Shown piece by piece: positions 40,167-50,187 of a stretch of DNA of 64,000 bases (within the stretch, counting starts at the first letter, position 1; each line of letters begins with the position of its first letter). The DNA comes from a virus (Duplodnaviria; Caudoviricetes): positions 64,001-128,000 of IMG/VR virus record IMGVR_UViG_3300010162_000393. One strand, 5' to 3'. Under the pieces are notes generated by a model. It saw only the letters and a list, made by a program, of their open reading frames with translations. It was not told the DNA's origin and did no database searches. The position numbers were made by a program, and so were the translations under genes.

Positions 40167-41549
40167 ATGACTGAAAATAATCCAATATTAGATGCCATGA
40201 CGATAAGAGAATCCGTTAAAAAAAATACTGATGATGCTCTTAAAAAAATTATGGAACAACAAATTAAGGAAGAAATGAAACGTATCATAAAGGAAGATGA
40301 TTCTGAATATGAAGAGGAAGAAGTAAATCTTCAAGCAGACGCTCCCGAAGTACCAGAAGTTGAAGACGAGGAAGGGGTTGATGTTGGTGATGAAGAAATC
40401 ATTGACGATGTACCTGAAGAAGAACAAGAACTTGACGGAATGGAGGAGTATGAAGTTGACGACGATACTTATGACGTTAGCCAAGATGATGAGGCTGCCA
40501 TTAAAATATTCAAAAATATGACGGATTCTGATCAAATTGTAGTTACCAAACAAGGTAGTACAATAGAAATATCGGATCAAGAAACTGGTAGTGATTATAT
40601 TATTGACTTAAACGAGGAAGAAGATATGCTTGGTGAATCCGCATGTATTAGTCCATCAAAACCTGAAATGAAGGGTAAATTGGGTGGAAATTCCAAATCT
40701 AAATTAACTGTTCCTGTTCAAACACCCAGTAAAACAGGTACTCTTGGTGCCGGAACTGGTAGTAGAATGAGTGGAAAGGGTGCTGGTGAAGGTACACCTT
40801 TTGATGGTACTCCGAAAGATAGTGAATTTGGTACAACAGGAAACCCGCTTGGTAAAAACAGAAATGGTGATAATTCGCCTTTTAAACAAAATCCTAAAAT
40901 AAAGGAATTTGGTGTAGCGGGTTGTAAAACCAAGGCTGCCGATAGTACGCCTTTTAAAAAGAAAGTTAACGAAAATGAAGAAGGTGTGGAAGAAATTACC
41001 GAAGGTGAGGTTGATGAAGCTTTGGTAAGAACACATCGTAGTTTGAGAAATATTGGTAAGAAATCTAAAAACCAAATTAAGGTTCCTGTTGATCAGGGTA
41101 GGGTACCGGCAGTTCGTGATGGTGCTCAATTGAAAACGGAAAACAAAGAACTTATTGCAAGAGTAAACAAGATAATTGAAGAAAATATCATTCTTAAAGA
41201 AACTGTAAAACAGTTGAGGGAGTGTGCGCAAAACTTCTATGTTGCAACACAAGAAACCGTTTTAACTAACCAAAAATTGGGGAAAGCAATCCAACTATTT
41301 TCTGAACATTCGACAACGCTCGATGAAAAGAAAAACATTATCGAAAGATTTGAAGGTTATAAAACATCGGAAGATATACAAGCACTTTATGAAACAATTA
41401 ATAAAGAGTTGAGATCAAGGAAACCTATTATCGAAAGCGTAGATACCGCTTTTAGTAATATCATTACCGAGATTAAACTCACAGATCAACCGTCTATCGT
41501 TAATGAGGATGTTAAAAAGATTCTTGGTTTAATGAGGCGTATCTGTTAA
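40167..41549 (+). CDS. Prohead core / scaffold protein (gp22-like)
   Basis: Directly upstream of MCP; acidic N-terminus, coiled-coil C-terminus, many L/I-x-E sites; CTATTTAT at 40129-40136. Confidence 0.75.
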   Translation: MTENNPILDAMTIRESVKKNTDDALKKIMEQQIKEEMKRIIKEDDSEYEEEEVNLQADAPEVPEVEDEEGVDVGDEEIIDDVPEEEQELDGMEEYEVDDDTYDVSQDDEAAIKIFKNMTDSDQIVVTKQGSTIEISDQETGSDYIIDLNEEEDMLGESACISPSKPEMKGKLGGNSKSKLTVPVQTPSKTGTLGAGTGSRMSGKGAGEGTPFDGTPKDSEFGTTGNPLGKNRNGDNSPFKQNPKIKEFGVAGCKTKAADSTPFKKKVNENEEGVEEITEGEVDEALVRTHRSLRNIGKKSKNQIKVPVDQGRVPAVRDGAQLKTENKELIARVNKIIEENIILKETVKQLRECAQNFYVATQETVLTNQKLGKAIQLFSEHSTTLDEKKNIIERFEGYKTSEDIQALYETINKELRSRKPIIESVDTAFSNIITEIKLTDQPSIVNEDVKKILGLMRRIC

Positions 41550-41596
41550 AAACAAAAGAAACAAAAAACAAAATAAATAATAAAAAACTTATAAAA

Positions 41597-43582
41597 ATGA
41601 TTAATAATTTTTTAGAAAGTGGTCTGGTTGGTAATATTGCATGGAACCAGGTCTCTGAACAAAGGAAAAAGATATCTGAAACTTGGGAAAAACTTGGTTT
41701 TACCGAAAACTTGCAAGGTGTTTTGAAAGAAAATATTTCGATGTTGTATGAAAATACAGCTCGTGCTCTTATTCACGAAGCAACAGATGCTACAAACTCC
41801 GGTTCTTTCGTAACCGTTGTATTTCCGCTTATTAGACGTGTATTCAGCAAATTACTTGCTAATGACATCGTTTCTATTCAGGCGTTGAATTTACCTATTG
41901 GTAAATTGTTCTATATTAAACCCGTTACCTCTGAAAGAGAATGGGAAAACCTCGATGGTGATGGTAATGTATTATCCGGTAGCAACGCAAAACATACTGG
42001 TTTAATGGGTTACAATAGACATGATCGTAATTTTCAAAATCCGGGCAAAGCAGTTTTTGATCCTCTAACCAATACGTTTAGTGGACAAAAACAAGGTTTA
42101 TACAACAACCGTTTTTATCTTCCTGATGAAGTTATCACAGGTACACCAAGTAACGAAAAACCGATACCAACTTGGCAAACTCTCGACGCTGATAACACTT
42201 TTCCTGCTGATCCTACAAATCTTGATGATCGTAACAAACCAGTCGTAACTCGTTATATGCAGACTTCTCTGTATGATTTGTTCTATGACGAATTCTTGTA
42301 TGACCACTCAAAAGGACGTGCTTGGGTTAAAATTTCCGATATGGTAGAAGTTGTTCAATTGAATAACAAAAGAACTTTTGATCTTCTTGCTCCCGGTGCT
42401 GATTTTATTGAATCTCGTGAAGATGGTTCAATCCGAAACGCTATTTTGAAAATCAAAGGTTTTAACAACTACAACGCAGGTCTGTTAATTGGTCCTGACG
42501 GAGACGAAATGGATACCGAAACTTTCCTTGCTTCGTTGAAAGTAATTACTAAAAACGCTATTGCTGATACCAGTGCTAGTGGTTATTCGGAATTTAAAGA
42601 AAATGAAAATCTTCCTATCAGGTTGTTGCCACAAAAGTATGGTAAAGCTATCGTAGAAAGAGATAATTTCTGCGGTGCTGACGGTACAATGTATGTTGAA
42701 GTAGACTTCAAAAAACCTACCGTTAATCATGGTATAACCGTTGATGGTTATATTGGTATTGACCCGGCTAATAAAGTTGGTGATGTTGAATTCTACGTAT
42801 GTTGGATACAATATGATAGTCTTGAACTTGAAACCGAAATCGGTGAAGTATCTTTCCAAATTGACAGTGTTACCATTGCAGTTGAAGAACGTAAATTGAG
42901 AAGCACATGGTCGCCTGAACAGGCACAAGACGTTGCTGCTTTCCATAACATTGACGCAGAAGCAGAACTTACCAGCCTTTTGGCACAACAAGTTTCTGTT
43001 GAAATTGACCGTGAAATTCTCCGCGACCTTAAAACCGCTGCTCCTTGGCAACTGAGCTGGGACTTCAACGGTTGGAGACGTACTGCTACAACAAGTACTA
43101 ACTACACACAGAAGGATTGGAATCAGGAACTGATTACGAAAATTAATCAAATTTCCGCACAGATTAACAAGACTTGTTTAATGGGTGGTGCTAACTTCAT
43201 CGTTGTTTCTCCGGAAATCAGTGCAGTTTTCGATAACCTTGAATACTTCCACGCTACTAACGCCGCTCCTGGTGAAGAGGAATACTCTTTGGGTATGGAA
43301 AAAGTTGGTAATTTGAGTGGTCGTTATCAAGTGTATGTAGACCCTTATTCACGCCATTGGACGCTTTTGGTTGGACACAAAGGAAAAAGTATGTTGGACA
43401 CAGGTTACATATATGCTCCGTATGTGCCTCTGCAGCTGACACCAACTCTATTTAATCCGTTTAACGCTGCGCCTGTAAAATTTATAATGACGCGCTACGC
43501 AAAGAAAGTTGTTAATAACAAATTCTATGGATTGGTAAAGGTTCATGGTTTAACTACTTGGGATACCAACGAATTGAGATAA
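41597..43582 (+). CDS. gp23: Major capsid protein (T4 gp23-like)
   Basis: PLIRRVF..LLANDIVSIQ, RKLRSTWSPEQAQD...DAEAELTSLL...EIDREIL, GYIYAPYVPL, MTRYA. Confidence 0.95.
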   Translation: MINNFLESGLVGNIAWNQVSEQRKKISETWEKLGFTENLQGVLKENISMLYENTARALIHEATDATNSGSFVTVVFPLIRRVFSKLLANDIVSIQALNLPIGKLFYIKPVTSEREWENLDGDGNVLSGSNAKHTGLMGYNRHDRNFQNPGKAVFDPLTNTFSGQKQGLYNNRFYLPDEVITGTPSNEKPIPTWQTLDADNTFPADPTNLDDRNKPVVTRYMQTSLYDLFYDEFLYDHSKGRAWVKISDMVEVVQLNNKRTFDLLAPGADFIESREDGSIRNAILKIKGFNNYNAGLLIGPDGDEMDTETFLASLKVITKNAIADTSASGYSEFKENENLPIRLLPQKYGKAIVERDNFCGADGTMYVEVDFKKPTVNHGITVDGYIGIDPANKVGDVEFYVCWIQYDSLELETEIGEVSFQIDSVTIAVEERKLRSTWSPEQAQDVAAFHNIDAEAELTSLLAQQVSVEIDREILRDLKTAAPWQLSWDFNGWRRTATTSTNYTQKDWNQELITKINQISAQINKTCLMGGANFIVVSPEISAVFDNLEYFHATNAAPGEEEYSLGMEKVGNLSGRYQVYVDPYSRHWTLLVGHKGKSMLDTGYIYAPYVPLQLTPTLFNPFNAAPVKFIMTRYAKKVVNNKFYGLVKVHGLTTWDTNELR

Positions 43583-43600
43583 ACTCTCTAACTACTAACT

Positions 43601-43633
43601 AAAAAAGGGTCTTGGTTGACAAGACCCTTTTTT
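43601..43633. terminator. Bidirectional intrinsic terminator after MCP
   Basis: AAAAAAGGGTCTTG-gttga-CAAGACCCTTTTTT. Confidence 0.9.
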
Positions 43634-43669
43634 TATTATTATTAATTTTAGGTTTAAAACCCACGCCTT

Positions 43670-45922
43670 TCAGGTTGGATATACTTTATTGTTATATTCA
43701 TACACAACATTTCCGTTGTCGTACATTTCTACAAATCCCTCCAACTTCATTATCTCACGATTATCCATACCCTTCGGATATTTTACCAAATCATCATCAC
43801 CTATAAATCGACTGGCACCTTTGAATCGTAAAGAGTTGTTGGTTATTGTTCTCCCCGTTTTCAAATGAATCCAATAACCAGCAGGTTTATTATATTTTAC
43901 AAATTTGAAATCATCAAGATGTATGTTGTCGCCGCCAAGATTCAAATTCAAATAACAAATACAACTCGTTGGGTTATACGTGGTTTTGAAATAATTCCAC
44001 ATTTTGGATACACCACCCTGAATAGTTATGTTCGGTTTGAAACATAACCGGACTAATTCCCATTCATATTTCTTGTTGAAACGCGGTTGCCCGAATGTCA
44101 TTACACCAACTAATTCATTTTCATAAAATAAAGCAATACAATACTTCTGTCCATTTGATTTGTTTTGAATGTGGTGTTCATCTAAAAACAGGTTACACTC
44201 TTTCTGTGGTATTTCTTTTATTTCACATTTTCTTGCGCCAATTTTTATTTTGTTTTTACCTATTTTTGAACGGATTATGTTTAACATCTTTGTTTCGGAT
44301 ATATTATCATATATTGAAATCAATGTATATCCATTATCTTTTGCTAATTTCCATTTATTAAAATGATAATCAGGTGTAATTGGAACATTTTCTGTTGTAA
44401 ACCCTCTTATGAATCCGTAACCATACGTTGAGTTATGTGTAAATGTTGGATTTATTTCTATTAAAAGATTTTCTATTTTTAAATCATATGAAAAATTATT
44501 AATACGAAATTCTTCTTCACATTTAATATTAAAATGTTTTTTTATTAAATTCAGCCATTTCAAATTTATCTTGGAGGTTACATTTGACGCTTTTTGGTAC
44601 TTTTCTGTTAAACAATAATGTGGTACACCGTATCTTTCAAGATTGGTTTGTATACGTTTTTCTTGAAATTCTGGTACTAATAGAACATGTTTTTCTCCAT
44701 ACCTTTCAAGATTAGTTTGTTGCATTTTTTTAACAACATCTTTATTTTTAACAGGATTTGGTACACCATATTTTTTAAGATTAGTTTCTTTTATTTTTTC
44801 TTTAATTTCTGTTGATTGAAATGGGTTTTCACATCCGAATTTTTTAATAAAAGTTTGTACGTTTTTTTTCTTTATTACGTCTATTATTTCCGGAACTTGA
44901 AAAGGGTTTTTGTATCCATACCTTTCAATATAACTTTTTTCTTTTTTGTTCTTTATATCTTCTGATTTTGATACATGTGAAACCCCATATTTTTTGATAT
45001 TGGTTTCTATTGTTTTTATTTTAAAAGAACATTTACTACAAAAACATGTTTTTTGTAATTCTAACGCACTGATTGTTTTTTCTATAATTTTACCACATTC
45101 TTGGCATTTACAAGGTAATTTACTTCTTTTATTAACATAGTTATTCCAATCCAAAACATATGGAAATTCTTCTTTATTTATAATATGTGTTTTTGTTTTT
45201 GTTGCATTTACTATACCACATTTACGACAAAAACAAGTGTTTTTCCTATCTAATAAATCAATTGGTTTATATGTTGTATTTCCACACCCATCACATTTAC
45301 ATGGAAGTTTTGTTGAAATTGTTTGATAACCGTTCCATTCTAAAACCATTGGGTAATCTTCTTTGTTAATAATTCTCTTTCCGTGTTTCTCTATTTTATT
45401 TTTCACTTTCTTATTTTGAACAGTTTCTGATTGAGATGGATTTTCAACCCCATACTTTTCTTTCATAGTATTTTTGAAATCTTCTGATTGATAATAATTT
45501 TCAACGCCGTATATTTTAGTATTTGTTTGTTTTCTCTTTGTTGAAGTGCAATTTTCACAAACACTACCACTATTGCTTCTTCTTTTACATCTATCTATCA
45601 TGTAAATACTTCTATTAAAAGAATTACCACAAATATCACATTTACATGGTAGTGGTGTTTGGGTGTTTTCGTAACCACTCCAATCTAAAACCATTGGGTA
45701 ATCCTCATGTTTTGGTTCCCTTGTTCTATTTTTACCACCGTTTTTATGACCACATTCACGACAAAAACAAGTTTTCCTATAATCCAAATCATTAATACTT
45801 CTAAAAATAACTTCATCACAAGTTTCACATTTGCACGGTAACTTGCTTTTTGTATTTTTAAAATTACTCCAATCTAATACCATTGGATAATCTTCGTGAT
45901 TTATTTCTTTCTTTTTAAGCAT
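43670..45922 (-). CDS. Hef-like homing endonuclease: Zn-ribbon and TNxxKYG repeats + PD-(D/E)XK + GNAT-like C-terminus
   Basis: 4x (H/K)EDYPMVLDW..LPCKC repeats; TNLKKYG/TNLERYG repeats; SYDL...LIEIN; IGARKC...LVGVMTF...WELVR. Confidence 0.75.
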   Translation of the reverse strand: MLKKKEINHEDYPMVLDWSNFKNTKSKLPCKCETCDEVIFRSINDLDYRKTCFCRECGHKNGGKNRTREPKHEDYPMVLDWSGYENTQTPLPCKCDICGNSFNRSIYMIDRCKRRSNSGSVCENCTSTKRKQTNTKIYGVENYYQSEDFKNTMKEKYGVENPSQSETVQNKKVKNKIEKHGKRIINKEDYPMVLEWNGYQTISTKLPCKCDGCGNTTYKPIDLLDRKNTCFCRKCGIVNATKTKTHIINKEEFPYVLDWNNYVNKRSKLPCKCQECGKIIEKTISALELQKTCFCSKCSFKIKTIETNIKKYGVSHVSKSEDIKNKKEKSYIERYGYKNPFQVPEIIDVIKKKNVQTFIKKFGCENPFQSTEIKEKIKETNLKKYGVPNPVKNKDVVKKMQQTNLERYGEKHVLLVPEFQEKRIQTNLERYGVPHYCLTEKYQKASNVTSKINLKWLNLIKKHFNIKCEEEFRINNFSYDLKIENLLIEINPTFTHNSTYGYGFIRGFTTENVPITPDYHFNKWKLAKDNGYTLISIYDNISETKMLNIIRSKIGKNKIKIGARKCEIKEIPQKECNLFLDEHHIQNKSNGQKYCIALFYENELVGVMTFGQPRFNKKYEWELVRLCFKPNITIQGGVSKMWNYFKTTYNPTSCICYLNLNLGGDNIHLDDFKFVKYNKPAGYWIHLKTGRTITNNSLRFKGASRFIGDDDLVKYPKGMDNREIMKLEGFVEMYDNGNVVYEYNNKVYPT

Positions 45923-45934
45923 ATACCCTAATAA

Positions 45935-47425
45935 AATTACAATAAAATTTCATGATCATTCCAACATTTTTTGATTTTTCCATATATAACAATATCTCCC
46001 CCCATCATATATCCTGAATACCTTTCCATCATCGTATAATTGCTTCATCTCTTTATATATTTTTGGTTGCCTTTTTTTGAATATCAAACCACTTTTGTAC
46101 ACCCAATCATATCTAGATGGATTTATATGTTTTAATTCAAATCCCATTATTTCATATGATTTACCCGTAAATTTTGACCTATCTACGTATGCCACAACGC
46201 TTTTAGGGTTATATTTTCTTATGAAATATTTGAATACTTTTGATTTACCACCAATAACAGAATACCCTTCTTTACACACCTCTCTTTTTACTTCCCATTC
46301 TGCCGCAGGGGTTTGTGTAAAAATGTTTTTTGAAATTTTATTCAATAACATTACTAATACCAATTCTGATTTATGAAAAAGACCGATATAATTACTAGCA
46401 GTAACCGATTTTTGTTGATGGTATTCTAACAATGGTTTAGCGGTTTTAAGATCTATTTCCTGAATTGTGCAATCTCGTGCAAACACTTTGTGCTCACATA
46501 ACCCCAACTGCGCTTTTATATATGATTTTATTTGTTCTCGATTATTCAACCATTCGTAATCCCATACATATATAAGTCTAATATCATTATTCTGACAAAC
46601 TGTAATTTTATCATAATGATAATTTTTATGTTTAGCAATATCATTATGATAATATGTTCCATTATATTCAAATGCTATTTGTTTTGAAGGTATCAAAATA
46701 TCTATTTCTATACCAGAAACTTTTTTATTTTCTACAATATCAAAACCACAAGATATGATAAAATTTTTCAATTCATTTTCTCCGGTTGAAGTTGATTGTT
46801 GGCATCTTCGACACATTCTACTACCTCTTCTATCAAACATATTATTAATAGCGGTTTCAAAAAATTCACCACATTCTACACATTTAATTTCTATATTTGT
46901 AGTACGTCTTTTTTCATAAACAAATGGTTTAAAAATTACACCAATATGTTTAAGTCTTTTTTCAATCTCTTCTTGTGATAAATTTTGGTTTTGACTTATT
47001 TTTTTAATACCACACGATTTACATAATGTATGTCCGTTAATTATTTCAATAAACTTGTTTTGTTTTAATTTACCACATCCGGTGCATTTATATTCTATAA
47101 TAGTTTCATTATTTTGATAAACAAATTGGTTGAAAATAATAGATTTCTTCAACAGTTCTTGTTCTGCTTCATTTTGTGTTCTCTTTTTTTTACCGGCACA
47201 TGCTTTGCATTTAGAATGTCCATTCAAAACATGTACTATCTGACTTTCTTTAATATTGTTACATATTGGGCAGTAATATGATATTTTTTGATGCATCTCA
47301 ACATATGTAAATGGTAGGAAAACAACGTGTTCTTTCAACAGGTTTTCTATTTCTTCTTGAGAGTATTTAATATTTCTTCTTTTTAACATATGTTAAAAAT
47401 AATTATAATAAAATTTTCTGATCAT
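45935..47425. repeat. 25-bp imperfect direct repeats flanking the 45956-47389 gene
   Basis: AATTACAATAAAATTTCATGATCAT (45935-45959) vs AATTATAATAAAATTTTCTGATCAT (47401-47425), 22/25. Confidence 0.6.
45956..47389 (-). CDS. Hef-like homing endonuclease: Zn ribbons + PD-(D/E)XK + GNAT-like C-terminus
   Basis: CxxC repeats; STGE..L, EIDI, AFEYNGTYYH, FARDC, YVDRS, IYDGG. Confidence 0.78.
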   Translation of the reverse strand: MLKRRNIKYSQEEIENLLKEHVVFLPFTYVEMHQKISYYCPICNNIKESQIVHVLNGHSKCKACAGKKKRTQNEAEQELLKKSIIFNQFVYQNNETIIEYKCTGCGKLKQNKFIEIINGHTLCKSCGIKKISQNQNLSQEEIEKRLKHIGVIFKPFVYEKRRTTNIEIKCVECGEFFETAINNMFDRRGSRMCRRCQQSTSTGENELKNFIISCGFDIVENKKVSGIEIDILIPSKQIAFEYNGTYYHNDIAKHKNYHYDKITVCQNNDIRLIYVWDYEWLNNREQIKSYIKAQLGLCEHKVFARDCTIQEIDLKTAKPLLEYHQQKSVTASNYIGLFHKSELVLVMLLNKISKNIFTQTPAAEWEVKREVCKEGYSVIGGKSKVFKYFIRKYNPKSVVAYVDRSKFTGKSYEIMGFELKHINPSRYDWVYKSGLIFKKRQPKIYKEMKQLYDDGKVFRIYDGGRYCYIWKNQKMLE

Positions 47426-48087
47426 CCCAATGCTCTTTGATACAACATTTCAATAGCATTCAAAGCACATTTTTTCATTTCGTCACCGACATATTCTGGG
47501 TTATTAACCCATTCATCTGTAATTTTATCTTTAATTTGATATTGTTGTATTTTTCTACTACCTATTCCGGCGAAGTTTTTATGTAATGTTGGAATATCAT
47601 CTCGGAATAATTCAAATCCATGTTTTTCATCAACATAAACATACCATGTATTATATGTCCAATCGAATACATAAATCAATTTTTTAAGTTGTTTTGCGTA
47701 TTCAATAGCGTAACGTGTACCACCTTTAACACTTTTGAAGTCTGGTGTTAATTCAACAACGGCGTATATTGCCTGTGAATTTTTAACCTGATAATAATTC
47801 CTTGCTTTCAAGTCATCCGCAAAGCTTCTTTTGAATTTTTTCTTTTTCTTACCTTCAAGACATTCATACATGAATTTATAACATTCATCCATTTCGGGAG
47901 AAGATAAAATATGTGGTGTAATACGAATATCTTTTAACTGTTTTGGTAGATTCTTGTTTTCTTCTGGTCTGTAATGATGTTGTCTGTCCGGTGTTATTCC
48001 ATATTTAACACCATACCAACCAAATGCTGTGTCTGCGCCATAAGCACCACCAGAGTGAAGAACATGATTTTTCAATTTGTTTTCCAT
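47422..48087 (-). CDS. SLOG/DprA-like nucleotide-binding protein
   Basis: HSGGAYGAD, RNY.QV, GGT.YA, FAGIGSR. Confidence 0.65.
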   Translation of the reverse strand: MENKLKNHVLHSGGAYGADTAFGWYGVKYGITPDRQHHYRPEENKNLPKQLKDIRITPHILSSPEMDECYKFMYECLEGKKKKKFKRSFADDLKARNYYQVKNSQAIYAVVELTPDFKSVKGGTRYAIEYAKQLKKLIYVFDWTYNTWYVYVDEKHGFELFRDDIPTLHKNFAGIGSRKIQQYQIKDKITDEWVNNPEYVGDEMKKCALNAIEMLYQRALG

Positions 48088-48109
48088 TTTATTAAAATTT
48101 TATTTAAAA

Positions 48110-48143
48110 AAGGGCGAACCCATATTTGATGGTGTACGCCCTT
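48110..48143 (-). terminator. Probable terminator after ssb
   Basis: AAGGGCG...CGCCCTT stem followed by a T-tract on the - strand. Confidence 0.6.
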
Positions 48144-48168
48144 CCTACGTTCAAAAATGCTAACTATT

Positions 48169-48642
48169 TTAGAAAGGAAGATCTTCATCCTGCACATAAA
48201 CAGGTGGTGCCGGTGCATGTGCTGGTGTATTTGTTGATCCGGTTGCACGACTGTTGCTTGTTGTTTTCGCTTCTTGTGGCGGTGTTGGCGTGTTTACACC
48301 ATTTTGCCCATCATTTCTTGGACATAATTCCAGATTTTCGATTACAATAACCGTAGCACTTTGTTTTGCTCCGTCTTTTTCCCATTCACGAGTTCTGATT
48401 TTACCATCGATCATAACAAATGAACCTTTTTTCACATATTTTTCGATAACACCTGCAATTCCGCTGCGCGATGTTTCGACACGAATCCAGTCTGTTCTTT
48501 CGGGAACTTCTGTACCATCTTGTCTTTTGTATCCGCGTTCTGTTACTGCCATACTGAATTGTGCAGATTTACCGCCACCATCAAAATCTGTTATACGTGG
48601 GTCGTTACCAAGACGACCGCTTACAATTACTCTGTTAATCAT
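48169..48642 (-). CDS. ssb: Single-stranded DNA-binding protein (bacterial type)
   Basis: NRVIVSGRLGNDP, TDW, KKGS...GKIRTR, C-terminal DEDLPF. Confidence 0.95.
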   Translation of the reverse strand: MINRVIVSGRLGNDPRITDFDGGGKSAQFSMAVTERGYKRQDGTEVPERTDWIRVETSRSGIAGVIEKYVKKGSFVMIDGKIRTREWEKDGAKQSATVIVIENLELCPRNDGQNGVNTPTPPQEAKTTSNSRATGSTNTPAHAPAPPVYVQDEDLPF

Positions 48643-48690
48643 GATTACTTTTATTTAATATATTAATTTTACTTTATTTCTATTATAAAC

Positions 48691-49695
48691 TTACACTTTT
48701 TTTAGTGGAGTTAAAAATCGACAAAGATTTTTTTCATAATAAAACACCAAATCATCATCACGTATTTCTTTACCAGATATTAACTTAAAAACCTGTGGGA
48801 AATACGTTAAAGGACAAGATTTAATTTTTCCAACAATATTTGTTTCCGGTGTTAAAAAATCCATTTTTTCGTAAACACTAATAGTATTTCCAAAAGATGT
48901 TTCAAATTCATGGTAATTCAATCGGTAAAGTTGAGAATCTACATTGATTTTTCCTAACAAACATCTTTCTGCAATGTAACCACAAAAATTTGATACGATT
49001 TTTTCACCCACTGATAATCCCCCAACTTCAAATATCAATTCATCAACTTGTTTTGAATGTATCTTAATATTACCATTATCAAATTCACTACTATTATAAA
49101 TTTCGTTAAAAATTTGATAAAGAATATAATTTTGAATGGTTACATTTCTTGACATGTTCAATTTACCAAATATGATTTGTCTGGTATATTTACTATTTTC
49201 AAAATATGGTAATAGTGGGTGCATATTACCTAAATGGTATTTTAAAAACTCTTTATAATTGTTTGTGTTGTTCACCAATGTTGGATCATGATATTTTAAC
49301 GCTTGAAAATTTGCATGTTTCAAATCTACCGAAAGAAAGTATTTTCCATGATTGGTTTTTGTGTAAACAGATGTTTTTGGAATATTATTAAAAATAGCAT
49401 TTGACGGAACAACATATCCGCTCATTGCTTTTGATGTGAAATCTTGATATGCTTCAGATTTCTCTATACTAGTTATCATTTTATCCCTACATTGGTAATA
49501 ATCATCTAAAAACTGATTTTCATCACCATTGTAATATGTGTCAATTAATGACAATAACCATAACCATTTTTTATAAGAATCATTATATTCATCATATAAT
49601 TTCAACTGATATTCAAAATACGGATAATCCAATACACTGATAGGTAGATTGAAGTCATTTACAAAACGGTTTTTTAATTTGATGTTTGTACTCAT
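48691..49695 (-). CDS. Hypothetical protein, possible palm-polymerase-like fold
   Basis: FLSVDLKHANF ... SKYTRQIIFGKL ... QVDELIF. Confidence 0.55.
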   Translation of the reverse strand: MSTNIKLKNRFVNDFNLPISVLDYPYFEYQLKLYDEYNDSYKKWLWLLSLIDTYYNGDENQFLDDYYQCRDKMITSIEKSEAYQDFTSKAMSGYVVPSNAIFNNIPKTSVYTKTNHGKYFLSVDLKHANFQALKYHDPTLVNNTNNYKEFLKYHLGNMHPLLPYFENSKYTRQIIFGKLNMSRNVTIQNYILYQIFNEIYNSSEFDNGNIKIHSKQVDELIFEVGGLSVGEKIVSNFCGYIAERCLLGKINVDSQLYRLNYHEFETSFGNTISVYEKMDFLTPETNIVGKIKSCPLTYFPQVFKLISGKEIRDDDLVFYYEKNLCRFLTPLKKV

Positions 49696-50072
49696 TTGTC
49701 GACTATTTTGATTTTTGGTAAAAAAGAAAATGTGATTATATATTTAAAAATTTCTTTTATCAATATACATATATTTTTTGTAACCACAACCCTGTATTCC
49801 CATTTAAGTTTTCTTATTTCTTTTCTTATACTATCGGTTATTTTGTGTTCCCCATTTTTATACCTATCATAACGAAAAATTTTCCATTCAATCCAATATT
49901 CCCACCAATCTTCACATGTCCATAAAAAATCTGGTGCAAAAGCTGCTAAAGGAATTTTAATAAATATAAAAAATATCATGTAGAATAATGTACCAAAAGC
50001 AAATAATGTCATTAATAATGCTACAACCGTTCCAATTGGACCGACTTCTTCTAAACCTAATTGTTCAATCAT
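49692..50072 (-). CDS. Membrane protein
   Basis: Hydrophobic N-terminal segment. Confidence 0.55.
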   Translation of the reverse strand: MIEQLGLEEVGPIGTVVALLMTLFAFGTLFYMIFFIFIKIPLAAFAPDFLWTCEDWWEYWIEWKIFRYDRYKNGEHKITDSIRKEIRKLKWEYRVVVTKNICILIKEIFKYIITFSFLPKIKIVDK

Positions 50073-50187
50073 ATGTAAAATGTTAAGATATATACATTAC
50101 CGCACTTGTTTTTGATATTTCATTTATGAAGTATGTGTTATAGGTGTAAAGCGGAGATAACATAATAATATCATATTTATTTGTTTT

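Noticed and set aside
50075-50185. Possible micro-ORF or RNA in the intergenic gap
   Set aside because: Only ORFs of about 21 codons or fewer and no convincing structure.
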